From contig OZ287754.1 of NCBI GenBank assembly GCA_965649765.1, positions 35,712,001 through 35,776,000 on the forward strand: a DNA stretch of 64,000 bases. Reading direction: 5' to 3'. Shown in pieces: positions 1-12,740 of the stretch. This stretch comes from Bispira polyomma (lineage: Eukaryota). How positions within the stretch are numbered: position 1 is the first letter of the stretch; every line of letters starts with the position of its first letter. A program made the position numbers and the translations under genes. The notes below the pieces were generated by a model. It saw nothing but the letters and a program-made list of their open reading frames with translations, was not told where the DNA came from and did no database searches.

Positions 1-149
1 TCTATAAATGTTATTTGTAGTGGGAGTGAGTATATGGACTGGTATAGCATGGAACATGCAATAGTTTGGGGAACAGTCAATATAAAAAATATTCCAATAG
101 TATATCATCTAGATGACATTTGTTTACAGATTAGTCCTGCTAGACTACA

Positions 150-1280
150 AAATAGCATAGAAATTCTGAAATTCGGGGTGCCGCAAGGGTGTGTGCTTGG
201 ACCACTCCTATTTTCATTATATACTACACCCCTTAGCAAAATTGTTTCCTCCTATTCTTCTCTGAAGTATCACTTCTATGCAGATGATACACAGATTTAC
301 GTGCACCTTACTCCTAATACATCATTTGGTGCCCTGGAAGTCCTTCAGAAATGCTTAGCAGATGTTCAAAATTGGATGCCGCTAAATAAGGTCAAGCTAA
401 ATCCTGCTAAAACCGAATTCATATTGTTTGGATCGGGCACTCAACGTGCTGAACTGTCAAATTCTTTTCCTGCAAACATTCTTGGGACACTGTTATCCCC
501 AACTGATAAAGTGAGGAACCTGGGAGTTTTGTTTGACAGTGATTTTTCATTTTCCAGTCATATCCAATCAGTGTGCAAGTCATGCTTCATTGGTCTCAGA
601 GACCTTAGGAGAATCAGGAGGTACCTTCCAAAATCGGTTGCAATAACGGCAGCAAATGCTCTGGTTAGTAGCAGACTGGACTACTGCAATTCATTGTATT
701 GCAGCTTGACCATAAAGGACATAAAGAAATTGCAATGCATCCAGAACTCATTGGCACGTCTGGTCAGTTGTTCTGCTCAGCTTTCAAATGCTTCACCGAT
801 TCTGAAGTCACTCTACTGGCTCCCTGTTAGGTATCGTGTGTTTTTAAAACTGCTACAATAGTATATAGATTTCTCGATTCAGGTTTGCCTAAATGCTTTG
901 AACCACACTTGAGTCACTACAAGTGCAATGTCAACACCAGGAGAGCTGCTCCCAAAAATAGATTGCTTCTTGTTCCAAAATATAAGTCCAAAGTACACAA
1001 GTCAAAGGTTCACTTTGATAAAAGTTTTGCAAATGATGCCCCTACCCTATGGAATAGTTTGCCTCAACACATTAGGACAGCTCCGTCCCTGTATTCCTTC
1101 CGGCGCAGTTTAAAGACCTATCTGCTCAATGATGCATTCCCTCCATAGTCTCTTTCCCATTCTTGGTGGACGTATTGATGACGACTTCCTTCTGTCTCTC
1201 ACCTATGTTTTTTGACTCTGGCTGTGGTTATTTTGCGCCTTAGAATTTGTTACAACGAAAATAAGCGCTAAAAAAAAAGT
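150..1280 (+). mobile_element. 5'-truncated L2/CR1-group LINE, 3' end of ORF2 (reverse transcriptase), frameshifted, with 3' UTR
   Basis: ORFs 34-861 and 885-1148 carry GVPQGCVLGPLLF, FYADDTQIY, KLNPAKTE, SRLDYCNSL, LWNSLP and LKTYL, all typical of L2/CR1 RT. There is a frameshift near 845 and an A-rich tail near 1270. Confidence 0.9.
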
Positions 1281-4200
1281 CTGATATATATTATTATAGA
1301 CAATCCATGCTGGTTCTAAGATGATAAAACCATGCCAGACATATATTTGTCTATTTGATTGTAGATGTACCACCCTATAAGCTGCCTCCTGGGCATACCA
1401 TGCATTTAGTCCAGGTACTAAACATGCCTCCTCTAATATGTGCATTTTGTTGGTGGCCTATTGCTGTATTCAAGGTTGACCTGAGCTTCACCTTTATTTC
1501 TATTACCAGTTCCTGTAGTTTCAGTGGTTAACAGTATGCACACCAAGCTCTATAGCTACTTTTTAGCAATGAAGGTTTAACTGTCCCTTCCCTGTACATC
1601 CCAGGCTTTTCTGACCGAAGAATAAAATATTTACAAAAGGACATTTGTACTTAACTGACCTTTCAGATCAAATTGTATTCACCAATAAGTGCATTGGCCA
1701 GGTTTTAATTTGTTGTTTGTAAGCTTGTTGCTTTGTTGTCTTTATTTTGCTTCACAATTTCACCACTCTACCAGCTAACCAGGGGTGATATTATTTTTGC
1801 GCTGTTAATTTGCATTTTCTTTTAAAATGGTCTAGTAGCAGTCCAGAAATCCGGGGAGAGTTTTACAAATCACTAGTTTGGGCATCTTCCCCTTTGTCCA
1901 GTAGAATGCTGTTAGAAGCATATTAATTGCTTATATATATATAAATATTAACTATTTTACTTGTCTATGTAAGTTTGCTTTAAATTAGGGACAATATGTA
2001 AACTGGCATTAATTTAAGTCTACTTTAAAATCTTGACCCAAACTAATTTAACATGGTCGTAAATGTTCCCTGTCTGTACATAAAGTAAAATAAAATGGAA
2101 TGTCATTAATATTTCCACTTACCTGTCAAGGTCACAGGGAGAGCCCATTGACAAATTTTATACACAGAAGTAAGGTTAAAAGCTACCAGATTTAAGATTG
2201 TTGCAAAGCGACATAAAATACATATATAACAAGGACTAGTCCATAAGTAACAAAGACGGCTTAGCCAGTGAAAACATTATGAATAGTAACAGTGTAAGAG
2301 GTAGAAACCATCAGTCACTGAAATAGATTTATAAAGCAAACTATTGAAGATCAGCCGAAGGAAGGTCAATATGCTGAAGTCAAATTTTATGCATGGGTCG
2401 CCAAAACCCATAAGACTGCATATTTCTACTATATGAATGCCCAATATTGGGAATAAAAGGGAACAATAGACAGATGCTCCGATCACGTCTGAAGGAAGCA
2501 TCAAATGTTTATGCAAGCTGAGGTTAAAGGGAGATGGTGGGATATCATCCGTTGTCCAGTTTCAATATGGCGTGTCTGTGGTGTGACAGCTATTGTAATA
2601 GGAAACAAAGGAGAATGGTTAAATGAGTGGGTGGATGGTCATGATGAAAATTGTTTTACCACTACACAATAAAGTATGAGTATCAATTTTACTTAAATCT
2701 ATTGAACAAGTTGTAAGGTACAAAAAGAACTTTCACTGCCCTGACCATTAGTACAATTAGCTAAAATAATTTCTTAGATCAATCTTGGACCATTAATACA
2801 ATTAGCTAAAATTAATTTCTTAGATCGATCTCTTGCTAATATAGTATCTTATATAATATATAATGACGGGTGGGCCGATTAAACACCTAAATCTAGACAG
2901 TATTTCATTTTTGGTTATAAATTATTTCAAGTGCGAGAAATTTGAATCATTTTAAATATATGACAATAAAACATATAATTACATAACTTAGTTAAATATT
3001 TATTATTGGACTATAAAGCTGTAAAATGTAACCAACTTAATTGAAATACTGTAAATATTACTGAATCAATTATATAAAATGCATGACAATTAAATATTTA
3101 TTATAGGTATAGGAGATAACCAATCCAGTCAGTTTCATCAGTTTTAATATCTATTGGAAATTTACCACTTTTAACTCACTTAAATAAATGTTTAACTCAC
3201 CAATACATGCTATATAATGCTAGAAAGCAACACACAAAAGCCTTTTTTCGTATATGTTGACAAATTAGACAGACTTCTTTCTCGGATGTAATATCCAGGA
3301 CTCCATCGCAGATATACAGCAGCTATAACTCAATCTCTGTGGACTAATGCGATTACAGCGACTTAATTTTTTTTTTACCAAACTAACTTAATTTTAAATT
3401 CTCTCACATTATATGACTTCTACATCACCTTATGACAATAAAAAATAAAGTTTGCAAGTGTAGTTTAGTGGGTGTTTTTATGTGAGAACAGACTTAAAAA
3501 CACATTATGTCCTGTCTTAAAACTTGCATGGGATCTAATTAGGTGTGCATGTTACAAGGTGCACTGGGTGATCATTATTTAACCATTTGGTGATCATTAC
3601 GATGGTGATGCGTGGTGAACTCGACCCTTGTGTTTCTAGAATGACCACCCCTGCTGTGAGTGACTCATCATATTTTTTTATAGAAAACTCGATGTAGTAT
3701 CACAACGATGCTAAATTCTGCCTCTGTGATCGTACTTGCATTCTAGGTGATTTCAACTCCTTCAGAATCTTGATCCGAATACTTATCGGGAAATGGATAT
3801 TGTTTGCTTTAACATTGGACCCAAAAAAATCAGCCCTAATCACGCATACAGAATGCGCTCAGATACGGTAAGTTTAAAGTGGGTTAAATAGCTAATATTT
3901 CTTACATTTTCCACTGTGTGTTTTATAACTGTATTTATAAATGCATGGTTATGAAGGGGGTTAAAATCCATTGTAATAAGACAACTGTGCTTTTTAAAAA
4001 TATTTCACATGTAAAAAAATGTAATGATTACGCACATACTTTTACAAATTATTTATCAAATATAGTGTCTGAAAATGATCTTAGATCAATTATGGGGACA
4101 TTTTTCTCAATTTCATGTGTAAAATTTTGCGCTGATTTGTAAATGCTAGCTATATATTCGCTTGGCGGATCCACCATCCACCAAATTTTATCCAGACCGG

Positions 4201-5079
4201 ATCAGCAGTTTTGGATACACCTTCAGTGTGAACATATATCTGAATCAAAACTACAAGGCATACATGGTGGTGTCATTTCCTTCCTGTACCCATTCTCATG
4301 GGCCATACTTTTACACATTGCTTTCTCATTAGAATATATTTTGTAATTTCAACATTAACATTCTCTTAAGTGAGGGTGTCATTTTGTAAAATTAGAAACA
4401 TCTCAGGGTTATCAAGGTTGTATGTGAAAGATTTGTGCATCAAATCCCCGGGACATTACGGCTTGATATAAAAACACACATATAAAACCTATATAAAATC
4501 ACATAATAACTTACAGGGTCTAGCAGAGGGGTTCATTTGGAGAATAAAAACTAAATCACATCTATGGGTTTTAGGACCTAGACATGTTTCGTTCACAATG
4601 TGTTGCCTTTCATCACACATGAGAGTAGATCAATGGTCCCTTCATGTGTGAATGTGTCCTGTTTTACCTGGTACTTGCTGCAGGTCGGTAGATTATAGTA
4701 GTATAAGTTACGGTAACATTCTTGCCTTTCAAGATGTTATCACCATCTTGCCCCTGTATTGCCACTGCCGCAAAACTTAATTATTTAAAGACAGTAACAC
4801 TAAAAAATTGTAATTTGTTTGCTATAATTTCACCACTATATTGAATAAAGTTGGGTTCAACTACAGTGTTCTAAACACAAACTTTGGGCTCTTGTTTACT
4901 AGTACCTTTTTATGTCTATGAACACTGATACTTCCAAAAAACGTATGTCTGCATATGTTTCTCACCACGTTTCTCACCAACATAAATTATAAATTGATTC
5001 TAAGATTCATATTGAATTTAGTTTTGAAAATGCTAACATTAAAAAAAATTGTTTATCGAATATAGAAAAACTGTTACAG

Positions 5080-5625
5080 GTACAAGTTCTACTCTTGTTG
5101 CTTTCCTGTGATTGTACCCTTGGATTTGAATTTGGATATTTAACGTCCACTCTAGTACCTTTTAGTAGGTTATATTGGGACGGATAGTTGGAAACGCTGG
5201 AGGAAACACTGCATACAGTCGGTTAAGGTTCTGCAGAGAAACCAGCGGCCCACAGTAAGGAACTACCACCTTTCCCACATAGACATCGACTGGATTCGAA
5301 CTCACGCCACCCAGAGGTGAGAGACCAGTGATTGTGAAGCGCAATGCTTGCTAACCACTAGGCCACCGCGGCTCCGATTGTACCCTTGGACAAAGTACCT
5401 TACACAAAGTTGTCCCTCTCTACCCATGTGTATAAATAGGTACCTGGCTGATAATGGGTGTCAATCTATGTGCCGTATGTGGCAGCATGGCTACTATGCT
5501 TCCTGGGGGAGCTGAGACCGAACAATTGTTTGACAAGTGGAATAACCTAGGCTGTAGGTGTAAATTGTAAAGTCGGTAAGACCTTAATAGAGGTGATATG
5601 AGACTATAAACCTGTACACACATGC
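5080..5625 (+). mobile_element. Older SINE (core-domain type, L2-like 3' tail), interrupted by a second SINE
   Basis: Contains gtacccttggacaaagtacctta...ctctacccatgtgtataaataggtacc...atgcttcctgggggagctgag...gtaaagtcggtaagac...actataaa, resembling widespread metazoan SINE cores and tails. The sequence is continuous once 5125-5390 is removed. Confidence 0.6.
5125..5375 (-). mobile_element. tRNA-derived SINE, 251 bp, with 15-bp target-site duplication
   Basis: The minus strand starts GGAGCCGCGGTGGCCTAGTGG (A box) and contains GTTCGAATCC (B box). It is flanked by exact direct repeats GATTGTACCCTTGGA at 5110-5124 and 5376-5390. Confidence 0.9.
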
Positions 5626-8600
5626 TTTATGTCATAATTTCAAAAAGAAACAAAACTGAGACACAAGCTGTTATCTGAGTTTTATATATACTATTTTATT
5701 TTACAACAAACACATTTTATTGAAAATATGGTAACACATACGTTGTTGCACAGCTATATTTTAGGCAATAAAATGTCGTAGGAACACGCTTTAAGAATTA
5801 GTTTAAACGTTAAATGAGCTGGTGGAAATTTTAGCTGGGATAAAATTTTACCACAACGTCATTCCTAAATATTTTCGTGGAATACATGTTCATTATTGGT
5901 CAAGTTGTGGTCAAATATATAGACAAATAAAACCATTTCTCGGAATTTTTTTTACTGTCCAACCTCATTAGCAAAAATAGTAAATGAATTCCCAGTAAAA
6001 AATCCACTTATACGGTAAGGAGGTTTGAATTAGACATGGGACATAGATTGCTCTAGACACTGCAATTTAGTGTGTGGATTATACTAATGGACAAGTGAGC
6101 ACACATTAATCACTTTAGTCACTGCTGACAATAACATGGTTAATAAGGCTACTCCTCTGTGTCACAACAGCAGACCGGCTAACACTCACACTGTGTATAG
6201 TAGCCTTGATTAAGGCTCAAGTCATCTAGTGGGGTAGACAGAGGTATTTGTCGCTCTAACAACCATGTTTTACTGATGTGAGGCTGTTAGCAACAGAACG
6301 GCCATCATAAGCAAAACTACACAAATCAGACACGACAATGAAAATTTAAAACTAGATTAAAAGCCATAAATGACAAATGTCAATAACAACCTCAATGGAA
6401 TGCCAATCGTGGATATTTTTACTCTGTTGAGACTTATTGGTAGTTTCTGAATATTTAACCTCCATGTTTGGTTGCGGGAACCTGTTGGCACATGCGCACA
6501 CCATGTCTTCCAGTGGGATTCCGTAGGGGTTGTCCGATTGAAATAATTGAAGAGAATAACATTTTAATCTGATACAAGAGATGCCCAGTGAAATCAGAAA
6601 TCAAAATAATTATATCTCATAAGTAAAGGAACGTTCAGTACAAATGTGCTTGACGTTATATGATGGTTATGGGATGGCTTTAGTAAAAATATAATGGTGG
6701 ACAAAATACAGAACATGTATCAATTGAGAAATATATCTCTATTTGGTGTTATGTTCTAAATAAAAAGGGTGAACGGATAATAACCTATACCAAAGCAATA
6801 ATTTCATGTATTTAAAACAAATGAAGTATTGCTGTAAATGTGCCGTTTCGGAGAGACAGAACTCAGTGTATTAGTGTGACTACAACTAAATGTTTGGGAA
6901 ACAACATGACTTGTGGAGACATTGTCCAAAACTCTAAAGCTCAAGTCATATTCAATCTTCAATATAGGGGCATCGTATGTATGGCAACAGTGACTTCATA
7001 TTGAACTTTTACTTTTCATACTGAACGTTTTGCTAAAATGATTGGTTAAAATAGGTTACTTTTATAATGCATAAGGTCCATTATAGGGAATGGTCACTAA
7101 CAAGCTTGCTAACAAGTATAAATGAGAATATCCATCACTTGGTCGTGTTATCTTTATGTGTTACTTTAGTGATGGCAGTTTGCATGGACACTTTTTTACA
7201 AAACCTATCTCTTGTAATTTAAAACTGTGCGTTAATATGTTTGTTCTAAGTTATAACTAATTCAAATACAAATTAGAATTATGCACTGTAGTGTAATTAT
7301 CTTTAGGTAATCAAAACTGTTAGGGGGTAAACAATTACCAAGATATTAAGATATTATATGGACGATAAACATTTTACAAAATGGTAGCCTTAGTCAAGAC
7401 TACTTGTCCATTTGTGGATCAGATAATTGCTGAGAGTGGACCAACACTTCCTTGCTAAAGAGTGTCCTGGCTTATATGGTAATGGTGATTAAACTTGGCA
7501 CCTTACTCAAAATATACCAAGCCTTAAATCAACATTTTGAGCTATCCAGCGTTGATGTGTGATGAATATGAAATACAATTTTTCCATTTTTACATAAAAA
7601 TGATTTGCCATATCGAAAAGTATAAAAAATATGCCAACAACTATCTGGGTTTTTAGCGATATCTTAAAACTGTGAGCCTTTGTGAATTACAGGTTGAGTA
7701 TTTCCAAGTGTACAAACACGGTTAATCTGGTAATAAATTTTGCAAGAGAAGATTATTGTGGGTCAGTTTGGGGTATTTTTGCAGTTAATTTACTGGTGCT
7801 TATATGCCCTTAGTGGAAGGGATACCTTGTTACATTGGTTATCAAAGCTCCTGCCTCACGATTGGGCTTGACTGTTAGATAGATGCCTACAGGTTGTATT
7901 TGGCTGACCAAAAATGTTATTATAATCGATCAGAGTATTAATAGTATATTATCATGCACAAACTGTATATAATGAAGGCCCTGTGATAAAACTGAGGTTT
8001 ATATTCATGAAATGTGTGTTAAATGTTCTGGGACCCAAATTAGTAACTTTTTTATCGAGTCTTGTAGGCAGTTGGATTGATAATGATTTTTGTTGGGCTG
8101 CTCAAATCTATAATTATATCAACTTATTGTGTTATCAGTGATTAGAATCTAGACACAGGGATCCACTAATGTTAAGTAGAAGCTTAACAATTCAAACACC
8201 ATGGTGCAGATATAGCACTTGTCAGCCGCTGTTACTGCACTAACTTGATCATACCCATGTTATCCCTGTATATATCCGTATATAACTGCATAACTGTTAT
8301 ATAACGTTCACATTGCTTTAAAACTAACTTCTAGCTGATGGTAAACACATGAACTACTGTGAAAAATGAAATATCCATGAAAAACTAGCTATATATATAA
8401 AAAAATATATATATATTAAAAAAATAACGTAATTTTACCTAAAATCCTGTACCATATAATGACATAAAGTGAGTGACAATCATGCTTAAATTGTTTTATG
8501 ATTGATGCTTTTCTGTTGGAAATGTTGATAGCTGTAACCTTGATATGTAAAACTTGAAAAGTTAAATCATTTAAAGGACAGGTGTTCTACTGTTCCTGTG

Positions 8601-9305
8601 TTTTGTCAAATTTAGTTTTCTATGCCATGTATAGGGAGTAAATAGCCTGAATAGTTGCTATTACTTCCTTGTATGTCATAGCAAGATTTAGATGGGGACA
8701 TAATTGAACTAAGAACAAACTTCTGGCACAGATTCATCATGCACCCATTTATGTAATGTAACACACGAAGTTATTTGTATTTGTAACAATGTTATTGATT
8801 CTGCAGTCAAAGTGTAGTTCATAGTTTAGTTTATTCAGTCTATTATTAGTGATACAATAATTAGAAGTAATACATACAATAATAAAAATATGATTCATAT
8901 TGCAATTCGTAATGACTAACGTTTACACTATTTAGTCATGACCTGATCACGACTGGACTGCATCTTCTGCCAAAGTACCAGTCTTTTTGGTAGTGTGTCA
9001 TAAAACAGAACAAAAACAGAGCTCAATTACTAAGTATGTTGATATCTCGCTATGGCCACATTGATTCAATGGGGTGCGAGAAGGCTATTCATATTTTAAA
9101 TTTTGTTAGATATTCCACTAAATAGTGTGATAATCAAGCAATTTTTTTTGCAAAATTTGTTAAAATTAGATTAATTGTTCTTCATCTATGTTCCTAAAAT
9201 TAAAACTTTCCAATTAAATTTTATTGAGCAGCCAAATAACTTTTTGATGTCTTCCACTTATCATCTCAAAGATACAAAACGACCGCATGGCAATGTGACA
9301 CAAGG

Positions 9306-9485
9306 AGATACAAAATAAGTCAAAGGTTGATACAAAATAAGTCGAAGGTCAATACAAAATAAGTCAAAGGTTGATATCAAATAAGTCAAAGATTGATATC
9401 AAATAAGTCAAAGGTTGATACAAAATAAGCCAAAGGTTGAAACATAATAAGTCGAAGGTTGAAACAAAAAAGTTAAAGGTTGATA
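9306..9485. repeat. 22-bp tandem repeat (GATACAAAATAAGTCAAAGGTT)n; array resumes at about 10042-10085
   Basis: About 8 imperfect copies are visible, plus two more after the 9485-10040 insertion. Confidence 0.9.
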
Positions 9486-10040
9486 TAGGAATAACCCATG
9501 ACAAAGCCTGGTATACGGTAGTTTTTACCACAATTGGAAGCGTAGTAACACAAAGGCGAAGCCTGTGTGTTTCTACGCTCCAAGAGTGATAAAAATTACC
9601 ATCTACCTAGCTTTGTCATGGGTTATTCCTATTATAACATGAAAAATTAAAATTATTACCTAAATCCAGCCTTTTTTTACTGCATAATTGCGTTATTGAA
9701 GGAAATTATATTTAATGGTCATCCAGTACCTTTTGGACGAAATTAGTCTATTTCCGTCTATAGGTATACGGCTATTTTTACTGAGGCTGTCGGCCAATCA
9801 CAATGGCGGACACAGCCTTGGCATGTTAGAATAGAAAAAAATTCTAATATGACAAATTAAATTATTATTTCTGATTTAAGCTGCTTTTACTGCAAAATTA
9901 TGTTATTGAAGGAACTATATTTACTGGGGATCCAGTACACTTCAGGCGAACTTTGTCTATTTCCGTTTATGGGTATAGGGTTAATTTTACTGAGGCTGTC
10001 GGCCAATCAGAATCGCCGATACTTCCATGTCATGTTAGAA
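9485..10040. mobile_element. Non-coding inserted element: ~150-bp hairpin head plus two tandem ~205-bp units
   Basis: A perfect 23-bp inverted repeat (9485-9507 / 9610-9632) has a GGCGAAGCC apex at 9555-9563. Two related units end ...GGCCAATCA...CATGTTAGAAT (about 9632-9832 and 9845-10040). The element interrupts the 22-bp satellite. Confidence 0.65.
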
Positions 10041-10772
10041 TCCAAAATAAGTCGAAGGTTGATACAAAATAAGTCAAAGGTTGATTTTTACTATATCACA
10101 AATTCTTAATACAAACGAAGTCGAAATAGCCTTTTACAAAATCTCTCCATCACTCATCAGCCAACTAGCTTGTGACAACTAAATATTATACATACATGGT
10201 CAACTTAGTTTGTACAAAATAAGTATGTTGAATGCAGAATAAGCAAAAATAACTGCTGCTAGTAAATAAACACGTAACATATAATACTATGAAATACAGT
10301 TAAATAAAAGTAAAGAAAAACATTGACAAAAAACTGGAACAAAATAAGCCCGTGATGTTTCAAGTGGGTTGTAGCATTTAAAAAAAAAATATTTAATGAT
10401 ACAAAAAATAAAAATAATAATACAAAAAAATAGACTTTATTATTTAAGATTTATGTTCATGTTTTGGTTAAGTAGTTATTGTTTAAAAAAAATAAAATGC
10501 TTTAATAAATTTGGTTTAATAAATTTGGATTAATAAATTTGATTTAATGAATTTCGTTTAATAAATTTGGTTTAACATTTCTGTTCTTTTTTGGTTAAGC
10601 AGTTATTGTTTAAAAAAAAAATTTGAAAATAAAGTTTAGAAAATGTTCATCAGCCTTTTATTATACACCACATATGGAATTTTCACATGTGGGACCTCAT
10701 CCACCACTGATTATTAAAGTTCATGCATGTCATGACAAAGATCATTTCAAGTTTAGACATCAAAATGTAAAC

Positions 10773-10915
10773 ATGTCTCAGTGTCCTATCTGCTCAAAAA
10801 CATTTTCAAAACCTGAGAGTTTAAAAAGACATATAAAATATGTTCATGTCAAAGGAATTATATCACCAGTGTTGCAAACAGTGTTGCCACCAGTGTTACC
10901 AACAGTGTTATCAAT
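10773..10915 (+). pseudogene. C2H2 zinc finger plus Pro-rich repeat; duplicate of the 5' part of the downstream ATPase gene
   Basis: Translates as MSQCPICSKTFSKPESLKRHIKYVH. The nucleotide paralogue is at 11237-11360. Confidence 0.7.
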
Positions 10916-10974
10916 GAGGAAAAAAATAATATGCATTTGTGTTGACACAATTGCAAAGAGGATGGGAGTGTGCG

Positions 10975-11172
10975 AGGAAGGGAGCTAGAATGGAAAATAA
11001 GGAGTGAGGGAGGGAGTGAAGGGTGAGGGAGGTATGCAGAGAGGGAGGGAGGGAGGGAGGTAGGGAGGGAGGTATGGAGGTAGAAAGGTAGGGAGGGAGG
11101 GAGTGAAATATGGAGGGAGGTAGAAAGGTAGGGAGGCAGAGAGGGAGGGAGGACGGAGAAAAGGAGGGAGGA
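10975..11172. repeat. Purine-rich (GGGA/GGAG)n low-complexity tract
   Basis: Directly visible G/A tract. Confidence 0.9.
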
Positions 11173-11236
11173 GTGTATATTAAATGAAACATTTTTTTTA
11201 AAAGCTCATTCTTTCATCAGACACTCAACTGTAAAC

Positions 11237-11876
11237 ATGTCTTAGTGTCCTGTCTGCTCAAAAACATTTTTCAAGACCTGACAATGTAAAAAGACCTATA
11301 AAAAATGTTTATTCCAAAGGAACACCACCACCAGTGTTGCAAACAGTGTTACCACCACAGAAGGTCAAACCAACAGATATATATCCAACTCCTAGAGTAG
11401 ATCAAGATGGCTACAGCGTGGTAGCGCTACCTAAAATGAGACATCCATTTACATGTCTGGTGGCCGGACCAACTGGAAGTGGCAAAACCACATTTTTGAA
11501 AAAGTTATTGCAAGTTAAAGATGAAAAGATATATCAGCATCCATCAAAGGTTATTTGGTGTTATACACAATAGCAACCTCTCTATGCAACGATAAAAAAT
11601 GTAGAATTTCATCAAGGACTGCCAGATATCAAGGAATTAGAATCTTGCTTGCTTATTTTAGATCACATGATCAATCGCTTGGAAAGTGGAGTGACTGAGT
11701 GGTTTACCAAAGGCAGTCATCACCGCAACATTTCTGTCATTGCGGTGACTCAAAATGTGTTTCACCAAAGTAAATACCAGAGAACAATCAGCTTAAATAC
11801 ACATTATATGGTACTGTTCAAGAATCCCCGAGATGCCAGTCAGATTAAACATTTAGCCAGACGAATGTACCCCTAA
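11237..11876 (+). pseudogene. Polinton/Maverick-type DNA-packaging ATPase (FtsK/HerA, A32-like) relic with N-terminal degenerate C2H2 finger
   Basis: Shows HPFTCLVAGPTGSGKTT (Walker A), LLILD (Walker B), FTKGSHHRNISVIAVTQNVF and RTISLNTHYMVLFKNPRD, typical of Polinton ATPases. It has a stop at 11571-11573 and is truncated at about 11876. Confidence 0.85.
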
Positions 11877-11899
11877 GAGTATATTCTTATTCTCTATGC

Positions 11900-12613
11900 T
11901 TGGCCTATTTTCCTCATCATTTTTGTCAATAGACTCCAGAATTATGGTAGTTAGGGTTTGAATATTTTAATTTATTTTGATTTAATTGTTAAATCAAAAC
12001 CTAAACTTAGGTCATATGAACTATATAAAAGCAAATTTGAAACAGAACCTTACCTCTTCTTTAATTCGACCAAGAGAGAGAGAGAGATCATACTTTCACA
12101 ATTTCGTACTGGTATACTCCCCTTAAGGATTGAGACTGGTAGATTTCACAATATAAAAGACCCTGTAACAGGAAAACTTCGTAGATATAAATCTAAGGAA
12201 CGGCTGTGTGAAGTTTGTCAATCGAATGAAGTTGAGGATGAAATGCATTTTTTATGTACCTGTCCCCTATATAATTATCTCAGAAAAGAACTATATTCCA
12301 AAACTATTGCAAGAGAACAAATCTTCACTAATCTAAATGTACAAGAAAAATTTGTACATCTTATGAAAATGAAATACTATACCTATGATCTTGTGAAATA
12401 TGTGCTTAAAGTATAGAATGTTAGAAACCAAAATTTATTTATATAGAAAATTTATGCGATGTTTGTATCTTCTTCTGTATTCAAACATGTTTAAATTTTT
12501 CTAAACGCTGTGTAACTAATTTGTGATGAATGTGATGTATAAGCCCTATATAAGGCTGAGCTAACTGAAAATGTGTATTGCTTAATATGACTGATACTGT
12601 AATGTTGCATAAT

Positions 12614-12620
<7 letters not shown>
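11900..12620 (+). mobile_element. 3' fragment of an RTE-X-like LINE (C-terminal zinc-binding region of ORF2)
   Basis: ORF 11958-12416 contains LSQFRTGILPLRIETGRF...RLCEVC...EDEMHFLCTCPLY. It is followed by a short UTR and an (AAT)/(TA)n tail. Confidence 0.75.

Positions 12621-12676
<56 letters not shown>
12617..12676. repeat. (TA)n microsatellite
   Basis: Directly visible. Confidence 0.98.
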
Positions 12677-12681
<5 letters not shown>

Positions 12682-12740
12682 TTCAACACTTACCTAAATT
12701 TTTATTAATCTACATTTCTCTTGAACTGTTTAAGAGTATA

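Noticed and set aside
5270-5375. tRNA gene
   Set aside because: The A/B boxes belong to a SINE head with a long unrelated body and a TSD; no proper cloverleaf is evident.
10911-11192. Pro/Ser-rich 93-aa ORF
   Set aside because: Translation artefact of the GGGA tract.
11571-12416. Alternative genetic code (TAG = Trp) suggested by several stops at probable Trp positions
   Set aside because: TAG also ends apparently genuine ORFs (1148, 30865) and most Trp codons are TGG. Ordinary decay explains these isolated cases.
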